NCBI RefSeq assembly: GCF_000485595.1
Contig: NW_014577073.1
Location: 744,666-764,814, forward strand
Reading direction: 5' to 3'
Source of the DNA: Priapulus caudatus
Taxonomy: Eukaryota
DNA length: 20,149 nucleotides
A model generated the notes under the pieces. The model saw nothing but the letters and a program-made list of their open reading frames with translations. It had not been told where the DNA came from and did not search any database. The translations under genes were made by a program, and so were the position numbers. Of this stretch, positions 1 through 9,686 are shown in pieces. Position 1 is the stretch's first letter; each line of letters opens with the position of its first letter.

Positions 1-594
1 GCTGAATTGAGCAGTTCTGCCCATTGCACGAGGGATCGCACTACCCAGTTAGGTAGAGACGGGCTAGAAAAGCTCCCAAGATTTTGTTCGCTACTAGGCG
101 CGCTTTCTTTGCTGTAATAACGGAGTTTTTTGTTGACATTGTAACAATATATAGCGCTTATGCGTAGCGTTGACTGGCTGAGTTTAGAGGATACGATATA
201 TAGGAATTCGTCTTCGCTATTCGTAATTTTAACTAAGTATTACGCTATTCGTAATGCTAACAGTTAGTTTCATTGTCACTCTAATTATCTGCTATTGGTT
301 GCTCTGCATAGTTACACTCCTCATCAAAACTTGAAAGATTATCAACATGGTGGCAGAAAGTGCCTAAGAATGTGAACAGTGGGAAGCTTGAACTGTAAGT
401 GTTCGCGTAAGTAACTCACGTGAAATTCCGGAGTGCTCCGACTCGGACGCCCAAGAATAAGAGAAGGCATAGTCCCAAGAAAACCAATGTGCCTCGTACT
501 CGTGATGCTACAGGCACTTAGGCTATATATATATACTGATATCTAACACGATCCCCAATGACGAGCATCGAATTGTATCCACACCTACGAATAA

Positions 595-800
595 CTTCTA
601 TTACTACATGTTACAATAATTACTAGTAAGTACTAGCTACTACTACTAAGTACCCAGGACTACTACAGTATACTAGTACTAGTACTAGTTACTACCAGGA
701 GCTAATAATGACACACTGTGTTACCGGTACCGTACTAGTATGTTACTAATATTCATAATGACGACTCCTGTTAGTGTTACTAGTACTCCTACTAAATATA
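595..800. repeat. Degenerate low-complexity (TAC/TACTAG)-rich repeat tract
   Basis: Many recurrences of tactag/gtactagt/tactac in an AT-rich stretch. Confidence 0.6.
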
Positions 801-1112
801 ATAAAATATAATGCTAACTAAATACGAAATCTATTTACTACCAACTTCTTCATGTTTCTATAGCATTGGTCTACTCTCTTTGACCTATTATTGCTAGCAG
901 TTTCGCTGGTAAATTCCGTCGAAATCCTAGCGTCCAACGTATACGCGCCGGCTGCCATTGCTCTCGCGGCGCGACTGTTTGCACGCTTACACTAATATAT
1001 ATAGGCAGGTAGGAAAGCTTGCTGCCAAAATTCGCTCGACGCTCACTTCATTTGAAACTTTCCAGCAGGCAATACACAATTCAACAGCTTCCATCTTTGT
1101 TCCTCCTTGAAC

Positions 1113-1563
1113 AACAGTATTCAGCTTGTTATAAAAACATAAGTGCTCTGCTCGTAACCGAGCTGTGTCATGCGAAATCACACAAAGACTCGACGAAATC
1201 TCCGGCGTTCGCGAACCTTGCCCAGTAAGGAAATAGCTGTCAGCCGCAACACTGCAAACGTTTCTTTGCCAACGTTCCAATGGCGAGGCTCGTACGGGAG
1301 TTGGAAAGCAGTGCGCCGCCTGCGCGCCGCCTCTAGCCCATAGACTGACACTGCGCTTCCACCTCTCGCTTAGCTTTAGTCCCTCGATGGGTAATCGAGG
1401 GTGGGAGTGAGTCCCAGTCTATATAGCCTTTGTCCTTGCAGCCATTTCCATTACTGGGGCAAGGTTCGCGAACGCGAAAATTTCGTCAGTCTTTCTGTGA
1501 TTTCGCGGTGACACAGCTAGGTTACGAACAGAGACATTATGTTTTATAACAAGTGAAACTGTT
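1113..1563. mobile_element. Foldback/MITE-like element with ~125-bp imperfect inverted repeats (1113-1239 / 1439-1563)
   Basis: The left arm aacagtattcagcttgttataaaaacataagtgctctgctcgtaaccgagctgtgtca...gcgttcgcgaaccttgcccagtaaggaaatagctg aligns to the reverse complement of cagccatttccattactggggcaaggttcgcgaacgcg...ttttataacaagtgaaactgtt. A weaker outer match (~916-986 vs ~1637-1717) suggests the element extends further. No TSD identified. Confidence 0.7.
1340..1422. mobile_element. ~83-bp mini inverted-repeat element with ATAGACTG...CAGTCTAT termini, nested in the spacer of the 1113-1563 foldback
   Basis: tagactgacactgcgcttccacctctcg (1341-1368) resembles the reverse complement of cgagggtgggagtgagtcccagtcta (1396-1421). 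The 8 terminal bases are a perfect inverted repeat. Confidence 0.5.
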
Positions 1564-1821
1564 ACACGTCCACAAATGCTCTGCCCTCCTGTGTCCCACA
1601 CTAGAAAATTGGGGACTGTCGCCTGGCAGCTGATGGATGCGTGCGCGGGTACAGCATGTCGCGCGCACGGATCCATAGCTGCCAGCGCTGGCATACTGTC
1701 GTAGGGTTTCCGCCGCGGTCGCGTGCGCCTTAGCGCGGAACTGCGCGCAAGATCTGCGCTCAGCACTTCGGGTCACACCTTCTTTCTGGCAACGCTTCTC
1801 TAGTATCTCCGGTCTCATCTT

Positions 1822-2130
1822 GGATCTAATAACAGGTATACTGAGCTTGACGTAGTCGTGAGAGTAGTTGTCGGACGACTGTGTGCAAGATCTATAACTA
1901 GTATATGAGCTGAGTAGTCGTGAGAGTAGTTGTCGGACGACTGTGTGCAAGATCTATAACTAGTATATGAGCTGAGTAGTCGTGAGAGTAGTTGTCGGAC
2001 GACTGTGTGCAAGATCTATAACTAGTATATGAGCTGAGTAGTCGTGAGAGTAGTTGTCGGACGACTGTGTACTAGATCTATAACTAGTATCTGCTGAGTA
2101 GTCGTGAGAGTAGTTGCCGGACGACTGTGC
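1822..2130. repeat. 62-bp tandem minisatellite, ~4.5-5 copies
   Basis: The unit gtagtcgtgagagtagttgtcggacgactgtgtgcaagatctataactagtatatgagctga starts at 1852, 1914, 1976, 2038 and 2098. The first three copies are identical and the flanking copies are degenerate. Confidence 0.95.
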
Positions 2131-2570
2131 GCTATATACACACGAACATTAGCGATGACACTCGACGAGTGATGCGAGCAGATGATTGACGCACAATTGA
2201 TGCACGAACGCATTAGCGCGCAATTAATCGACGTGACGGCAATCGGAATATGTAGTGAGAGCGCGTCGGAGAGCCTTACATCAATTCGCAGCGAACAGTG
2301 CGCGATGCAGGTCGAACGCTCGCGTCGAGATGCATTAGCATAACAACAACTAACTGTCCTCTTACAGGTAAGAGACGATCACGTGCGAACGACAGGTAAC
2401 ACCGGCCAATCAGCGTCGCGATGTGGACGTTCTAAAAACGCTGCTCAGTAACGAAGTCGACAATTTGGCGTGCGCGCGTGGAAAACACGTATAACCTCCT
2501 CAGGTCTACTTGACCTAGCAACAATAACCAAGGGGCGTGTTTATCATGCTCAGGGGGATAGATACAAATT

Positions 2571-3740
2571 AAGAGTACATAATAGAGAAGAGTATGGCAC
2601 TGTTTTAACAGCGTTTTTCAACTTGAATTAATTTTATCATTATGTGATTAAATATATTCAAACTTTACCTTGCTTTGTTCTCTGATTCTCCCTTAATTAT
2701 ATGACACCACCAGTTTATCTGAAAATCGTATGTGTTCTTCAAAAAAGTTTTTTGAATACGACACGGTTTTCCACCGTTTCCCCACGATTTCCATCTCTCC
2801 GATAACAGTTGATATAGCAGGTTGATATTACGGGACGCTGGGGGCTGTTGGGGATATTAGGCATCGAATTGTATGCAGTGTGTATTTTGTTTCCAGCGTG
2901 CTAAAAATATATGTGTGCTCACGGCGAGCTAGCATCTGATTTTAGCTGTGTTGCCATCGTGTTCCTGATGATAATGAAGCGAAACAAGTGCTGTTACTGT
3001 GCTTACCTAATATCCACAACAGCCCCCAGCGTCCCGTAGTTACAACCTGCTATAGGTATCACGATGGCAAATCAGGAATGAGTACCTTTTTGAGTGTCTG
3101 CATGCGCTAGAATTTTGTATTTCTCATTAGAAAGGATTATAATTGTTTGCAATTGTTAATTTCAGAAACTAGAATCTTTTCTGAATCCGACAGTGTAAAC
3201 GGCTCGTCCGAGGTGCGTTGCTGGGGCGGCCCATAATTTTTCAAAGAAAGCCTACTTTTTGTGCAGATTTAAATTGTAAATTGGCTATTTCTCGTGTGCG
3301 CTGCGAAAGTTTTGTTTACAAGAGAAATTATGAAAGATTTTTTTGTTAATAACATATATATTGTCACTTGCGACTTGTATTCAGAGGATGGCATTATTAT
3401 TTGTAAAAAAAACCTTGTGCTGATTTATGGGATTTTTTTCGTAAGTATTGCCGCCTATGGGAAAGCATTACCCAGTGTGGACCTTATATCAACTGTTATC
3501 GGAAAGATGCAAATCGTGAGGAAAACGGTGGGAAACCCATGTAGTATTCAAAAAACTTTTTTGAAGAACACATAGGAGTTTCAGGTAAACTGGTGGTGTC
3601 ATATGATTAAGGGAGAATCAGAGAACAAAACAAGGTAAAGTTTGAATATATTTATTCACATATTGATCGAATAAATTCAAGTTTAAAATTACGCAAAACG
3701 CTGTTAAACAGTGTCATACGCTTCTCTATTATGTACTCTT
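2571..3740. mobile_element. Non-autonomous DNA transposon with long (~245-255 bp) TIRs, Mutator/MULE-like
   Basis: The left TIR aagagtacataatagagaag...gataacagttgatata (2571-2816) is the imperfect reverse complement of tatatcaactgttatc...cttctctattatgtactctt (3485-3740). A gatacaaat direct repeat flanks it at 2561-2569 and 3741-3749. Long TIRs with a 9-10-bp TSD fit MULEs. No transposase ORF inside. Confidence 0.85.
2813..3054. mobile_element. ~240-bp MITE with ~49-bp TIRs inserted at the inner end of the host element's left TIR (TA context)
   Basis: tatagcaggttgatattacgggacgctgggggctgttggggatattagg (2813-2861) vs the reverse complement of 3006-3054, tatagcaggttgtaactacgggacgctgggggctgttgtggatattagg. 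Both ends sit in TATA. Confidence 0.8.
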
Positions 3741-3807
3741 GATACAAATAGATCGCTCCCGGATGGCGAATAAAACCTCGACGATCAGTCAATCAGTATA
3801 GAATATG

Positions 3808-3846
3808 CAATTTTCGAACGTCAGTTTTCGAACGTCAATTTTCGAG
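3808..3846. repeat. 14-bp tandem repeat, ~3 copies
   Basis: caattttcgaacgt cagttttcgaacgt caattttcgag. Confidence 0.7.
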
Positions 3847-5010
3847 CCATCTTTAAATGCTAGACCTCATCTAAGGTGTACGTTAGCTCCAAGAAACGAT
3901 ATTGCTAGGGTTAGAATACCGTTTCAAACCTTGGCTGCAGCTAAACACGTAGTTGCCTTATTTGCCAAGTATCGCCAAAGAACACCACACATGTGATATA
4001 CCAAATGAATCAGTATACGTCCACCTTCTTGTAACCATCAGTGCGCGACGATGCGCTGGGTACTTACGGGGTTACAGCGACCTTTTGAAACGAATACAGC
4101 CAAATTTATGAATTTGCCACCATATTTACTATCATTCCGACTGTGACTAAAATCCGCAATGGATCGAACAAGGGAAATTAAACGATCTGCGGTCCTCATG
4201 TAAACCACCCCTACATCCGAGAACATGTCATCTAAGGTTTTTACAAATGGCTGAGACATTTTTGAACATCGTTTCACTTGCTTTGGTGTGTAATTGCCGT
4301 GAGAGCCATCGTGCAGCTATTGTACTATTTCTGTAGTATTTTCTAGCGAGTCTTTTCCGTTTCGGGTTTTCCGTGCTTCGCTAAACATGGCGGGTAAAGC
4401 TGATTGAAAAGTTGATATGCTGTGAGAATTAGCAGATTATACCGTGAATTAAGAGATACATTCTAGTTTAGAAGCAGGACAACTGTGAATTAACGTTCAT
4501 ATTTCAGACAAGGCAAGTCAAAGGTGGTAATAGAATAGTTTTATTTGAGATATACAGAGTTATTCATCTAGATCTGCAGAGGTGATAGGTTTTTTGTATG
4601 GAAGGGTGTCAGGCTGTATAGACAATCCGTCGCACAGCCTAGTCGGGCTAAGGTGTACGTATTAGCACCACGACGGCGACTAGTGTAACTGGTGACATCA
4701 ACCCGCACGACAAGAACCGCGCGGATGAATCGGGGACATGCACCTATTTGCGCGTGCGACAGCCAGACCCCGCTGACCTATCTGCACTGCATCGTTCAGG
4801 TGTGCAGCACTCGATCCGAGTGGCGGCGACACGTGCACTGTACGCAATCGCGCCGCGGTTATCTGGCCGAGATCGTCTGCTGAGCAATTGCGCTTGGCCG
4901 TGTCACGCGAAATCGTCACGTACGAGTATCGCATCTAGCGGTATATTGCATATGCTCTCGGATGATGCGAAAGTGACGCTAACCGATAAATCAGCGCATA
5001 ATTCGTCTGC

Positions 5011-5016
5011 GTGTGT

Positions 5017-5061
<45 letters not shown>
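5011..5061. repeat. Compound microsatellite (GT)5(CT)20
   Basis: Read directly from the sequence. Confidence 0.95.
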
Positions 5062-5065
<4 letters not shown>

Positions 5066-5727
5066 TCGTCGTCCTTCTCTCGGTGTCGTGACGTTATTGA
5101 CACCTGTTATTTGCCTAGTTAGCTCAAGTGCATCACGGCATGGTGGCTTGGGGTGCAGGTTTGTTTAATAAGTGGTAGAGGGCATGATGTCTATCATTAT
5201 GTGTTTGGCAGGGTTCGGTTGCGGAGATTTGGTCGAACAATACGGCAAACGAGTAACAAAGCCGCAACCTAGACAGACGTCCGTGGAAGAGCACGTTGGC
5301 ATGTTGAGGTTGGTAAAAGTAGATCAGCGGGGGCTGTAGAGGCGAGAAGCAATAACTTGATGGGTATCTAGATATAAGTCTGATCACGAGCGAACTGTCA
5401 GTCATTGCCCGAGGCGCTGTTATGTCAATTTTGAGTTACTGTATTGCGCTTTTATCATAATTGATCGGGATTGAATAACGCGCGGAGCCTATGCGAGCGA
5501 GTAAATCCTCAAGAAATGAATAGGAGCAATTAATCACTTGAGTCAGCGAGCGACGCAGCAGTTGTTCTATATCAGGGGTTAATAATGACACGTTATGACA
5601 TGTCAATAACATGTCATTGATGTCATTATTGACCTCTGGTATTATATAGTAGATAATATAATATATATAGATATAATATAACACGCGCTGAGGAGCCACT
5701 AAACGCCCGCGCCCCCTTTCCCATATT

Positions 5728-5894
5728 GCCACACACATCTACGACACAGTCACACAGCACGACACACACATCACAGCACAGCACGAGACATAGGACAGTC
5801 ACACCACACATCATACACACCACACACATGCTATACGCTATGCGCCATGCCACTGTCCACTCGCGCTGCACACACACACACACGCACACGCACA

Positions 5895-5925
<31 letters not shown>

Positions 5926-5987
5926 TTCACATGCAGCTGGGCGAGCAGAGAGCGAGCACCATCACACACACACACACACCACACACA
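5728..5987. repeat. Degenerate (CA)n tract
   Basis: Interrupted cacacaca runs; the source of the spurious His/Thr and Cys/Val ORFs. Confidence 0.9.
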
Positions 5988-6708
5988 GAGCTCAGCACAG
6001 TTTGTCAGAGAAATTCGAGCGATAACTATCGAAAACAACTTTTACTTGTCAAGCGAACATAGATCGTTCAGTTTTCAGGGAGGAGCAGCGTGTTGGAGTG
6101 TTAAATCAGAAGTGGTCCAGAGGTACATAGACTGGGACACTGGAGAGATCATAGTATGTATCTACTATATAATACTGTTATATATATAGTAAGAGTACAG
6201 GGTTGTATGGTCCGAGGACAATTTCTAGTTGGCCGGCTAATATCAGATGTGCGTCGATTAGTGCATAATAGTTAGGTTATAATAGAAAGATGTGCGTTAG
6301 CCAGCAGGTATAATATATGGGCGGCGATTCGTCCCCTGGTTACGCATGTGATCAGGTGATTGCATTTTACGCGCTGTTTGAAGATTAGCTCGCAATTGTA
6401 ATGAGATTAAACTCAGATGTTTTTCATTAATAAATCTGAAGTGTATAACTGCTGTGATATATTTGTAGATTGGCTCGAGCGAGTTCGAGAGAGAGCACAA
6501 GAGCTCAAATCATGTGTTTGAGTGCCGATCCGGAAGAGAGTTAAAGGAGCGTGCGCGGCGGCCCATAGCCAGGAGCCGGCTATTACCTGACTCTTATAGG
6601 CCGACCGGAGTAGCCTACAACGTGTATTATATATCATATAGTATCTATAGTACTATATATACGTAGAGTGTATATATATATATATATGCGCGCGTGAGGG
6701 ATGCTTAC

Positions 6709-7431
6709 GCTCAGGGTTCTCTGCCACAGGCCGGGTCGTGGCTGCTCCTGCACGCCCCGAATGCGGTGCATATACGGCTTCAAGTAGTTGCCGACGCTCT
6801 CATAGAACGGCTGGTCGGCAGCGGCGGCGGCGGCGCGCTGGTCGCCACGCTTCGACGTCGGCGTCGTCGGCGGCGCCCCGCTACCGCGTCGTCCGCCGGC
6901 GAACGCCCTCTTGAAGCGCTGCCACTTCGTCGGCGGCGGCGGCGGCGGCTCGGGCGGGCGTATGATCGACGACAGCGCGTGGAACTGGATGCTGATCGAG
7001 TTGCGGACGTGCTCGAAGTAGGTAGGCGGCGGCTGCAGCGCCGCTTCGCCGCCCTGGCCGCTGTTCTTGCGGCTGCCGGCCGGCTCCTCGCCGTCGGAGC
7101 CGAACGGGTTGTAGATGGAGATGCTGGACAGCTTACGCAGCGGCGGCGTCGTCAGTCCCGTCAGCGACGAAGTCGACGTCTTGCGCTGGCTCGCCGGACC
7201 GGGCGCGTACAGCGACACCATCGAACCCTTGCGCGTCTGCGCCGACGTCGGCGCCAGCGACGAGTTGGAGCTCTTGCGGGACGACGTCGGTGGCACGTAG
7301 AGCGAGCTGCTCGAGCTCTTGCGCTGCGGGGCCGGCGCGTAAAGCGACGCGCTCGACGACTTGCGCACGACGTTCACCATCGGCGTCAGCGAAATGTTGG
7401 CGCTCTTCTTCGAATCGCTCGCCGTCGCCAT
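6709..7431 (-). CDS. First coding exon (241 aa, phase-0 end) of an uncharacterised Ser/Pro-rich, probably disordered protein with tandem RKxSxxS[LI] motifs
   Basis: ATG in strong context (gccgacATGG) with an in-frame upstream TAA. Third codon positions are strongly G/C-biased, and the internal repeats are conserved at peptide rather than nucleotide level. Coding-like sequence ends abruptly at ...CTGAGC|GTAAGC (GT = complement of 6708-6707) and is followed by a (TA)n tract. The last 24 aa of the 265-aa ORF are therefore probably intronic. Downstream exons not identified. Confidence 0.85.
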
Positions 7432-7746
7432 GTCGGCGACGCTGTTCGGCGACGATTCACGCGGCGGCCGACGGCGCGTTAGGGTCGCGCGTCTTCGTGT
7501 TGCACGATGACGACGACGCGAGCTGCCGTCGCGGCATTAACGAAGTCAGCATCCAATCTCGGCCGTGACGAGGTATCCAGCGCTTGCCATTTTCTCCATT
7601 TCATGCCCGCTTTCATCGCAATAGTCGCGCACAAATCAGATTGGCGAGCGTCTAAGGGCGGGCCTAATAAGCGTCATCTAGGGCACGTGTGCCGGTGATT
7701 GTCTACGTACAGTGTAGTACCGCCGCAGTGGTCACGTCCAGTCGTC

Positions 7747-7890
7747 GCTCTCTTACTCTCCTCGCTGCCCTTCTCTCTCTCGCCTTCTCTATCTCTCTCA
7801 CTCTGTCCCTCTCTTACTCTCCTTCTCTCTCGCCTTCTTCCTATTTCTCTCTCTCTCTTTTTCTCCTTCTCGCTCTCTCTTCTCGCTCTC
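7747..7890. repeat. Degenerate (CT)n polypyrimidine tract (GAGA-rich on the minus strand)
   Basis: Read directly; lies upstream of the minus-strand ATG. Confidence 0.85.
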
Positions 7891-8090
7891 TATGCGCAGT
7901 CACACTTGACCGCCTATACTTTACGATGCTCTTATGCGAATGTTACGAACTTGTCTTTCGCGTTCGCCGACTTCAATTACTATTTCATAGCGGCGAGCAG
8001 CCTGCCGCGCGACTGTCAATGCGTGTAAGCGGCAGGTTAGCGCCGTGAGAGACTTGTCTATATCTGCGCGTACAGGTTGACGCGCTCTCC

Positions 8091-8181
8091 GCGCATGCGC
8101 GCCTGCGTCGCAGGTTGCGCCCGGTGAAGAGCAGCAACGTGCGCGTTTCGCTGCCGGCCAGCGCGCTGCTACGTCACGTGA
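8091..8181 (-). promoter_or_regulatory. Candidate promoter motifs upstream of the minus-strand gene: NRF1/EWG-type palindrome and E-box
   Basis: gcgcatgcgc (8091-8100) and gtcacgtga (8173-8181) in a CpG-rich stretch ~660-750 bp upstream of the ATG. Motif match only. Confidence 0.3.
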
Positions 8182-8191
8182 TGCAGATGCA

Positions 8192-8199
8192 GATGATGC

Positions 8200-8251
<52 letters not shown>
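8192..8251. repeat. (GAT)n trinucleotide microsatellite, ~17 perfect units
   Basis: Read directly; perfect run 8201-8251. Confidence 0.95.
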
Positions 8252-8252
<1 letters not shown>

Positions 8253-8422
8253 GCGACGTCGACAGTCGGGGGGAGTAGTATTCATTAAATCGTGCTGCAG
8301 AATTATTTTTTGTTCGCCGTAGCCACGTATATTATGAGTGAATCGGAATGATGTCGGATTGCCGGGCCACCTCCCCCCGGCAATCCTTTATCCTTTATCG
8401 CAGATCGTCCGGGTTTGTTATA

Positions 8423-8760
8423 TGCGCGTACACGCGTACACGCACGCACGTATAGCCACGCACGCACGCATGCACACACCCGCCCGCGTACTCACATGCG
8501 CACGCACGAACCAACACGTACTCGCACATGTACACGCACACGCACGCGCGCACTCGCTTTGAGCGTTTGTCAGTCTGAGCGGAAATATCCGATATTATAT
8601 ATATATATAATATATATCGGATATTTCCCGTGTAGCACAGCTGATGCGTCTGTGCGTGATACATAATAGAGGTGTTGTCACAACAACGCAAACACCAGGT
8701 AACTGACATGTGTATGCGTGCGTGCGTGCGTGCGTGCGTACATGCCTGCGTGTGCGTATG
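8423..8760. repeat. Inverted (CACG)n / (CGTG)n tracts flanking an AT-cored palindrome
   Basis: CACG-rich 8423-8552, CGTG-rich 8708-8760, central palindrome ggaaatatccgatat...atatcggatatttcc (8581-8628). Confidence 0.7.
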
Positions 8761-9686
8761 CAAAAATATCGTGTCTGTCACGTCGCTTAACAAATCATGT
8801 TAAGCATGCTCACGTGATCTACGTCGGCTGTGGTTTTGTCCACATAGGCAGAGCCTTGTTCACTTAGCTTGCACGGGCTAATGGATGGCTATACTATACC
8901 TTTGTCGTCAAATGCTAAGCATAATATAGAAACAATAGATATTGCCGATGAATATATGGCTCATTGTTCTCTCTCAGATTAGTCAGGTTTTAAAGCGTTG
9001 TTGTGTAGCGACGACAGTGCGTCTGCAGGAACTATTATTGGATGTGCGGGTTATGTAATTACAGTAGCATTCGAGTTATTTGTTCATTCTTTTCTATACG
9101 TCTTTATCTGCCAATAAAGAATCCGTTTCCAACTCTTGGTGATCCTAATCCTAAATCTTCGCCGTTACTCTGCGAAATGTATTCAGGCGTGAGAAACGTA
9201 AAATATACTAACCTGAATTAACGATAATGAGGTTACGTAACGAGGACATCCAAATTGGCTATCATGTCCACCGAACGTTGTCGCTAGTCATGCGTGTGTG
9301 CGTCTGTCATTGATGTGTGTACAGAGGCAGCTCGCTAACACAGCGCCCCCTATCTCTCTTTTTCACCCGGGCTCGTGCGCTAAGCGTTACTAACTTGGAT
9401 CATAATTGACGAAAATAATTACTTTAAAATTAGTAGATTGTTCATTAGCGTGACACAATTAGTAGATCCTTGTTCTTTCGTTGTTGAAAAAGCGCCGAGA
9501 GTTTATTTTGGCAAAAAGAACGCAACCTGGTGTTTTTCGAGGTTGCTGAAAATTCAATAAGGTCATCAGCTGTTTCACGGATCAGTGGGGATATGTTCAA
9601 TCGCCTACGATTTGAGATTTTTGCGACTGAAAAAAAAACGCGTGGCGCTGTACGATACCAAAGGGAATTCTATCCGTCCAACATTA

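Noticed and set aside
1822..2130. CRISPR array or tandem hammerhead ribozyme interpretation of the 62-bp repeats
   Set aside because: The units are contiguous and identical with no unique spacers or cas genes, and there is no CUGANGA plus GAAA core on either strand.
2955..3005. Hammerhead-like CTGATGA...GAAAC inside the nested MITE
   Set aside because: Stem II cannot pair (taatgaagc) and stem I has no complementary partner after the putative cleavage triplet.
3871..4660. 13-bp direct repeat ctaaggtgtacgt (3871, 4648) as the TSD of a ~765-bp insertion
   Set aside because: No poly-A tail, TIRs or coding remnants between the repeats, and a 13-mer match can arise by chance in 20 kb.
4692..5122. 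Overlapping GC-rich ORFs as a possible exon
   Set aside because: No recognisable motif, no consistent codon bias and no convincing splice sites; the longest ORF runs into (CT)n.
5093..5632. gttattgaca / tgtcaataac inverted pair as MITE ends
   Set aside because: Only ~10 bp match, within a locally repetitive tgaca/tgtca patch, and there is no TSD.
6694..7482. 262-aa + strand ORF rich in Arg/Ala
   Set aside because: Antisense shadow of the GC3-rich minus-strand exon; it has no ATG start and its composition mirrors the real codons.
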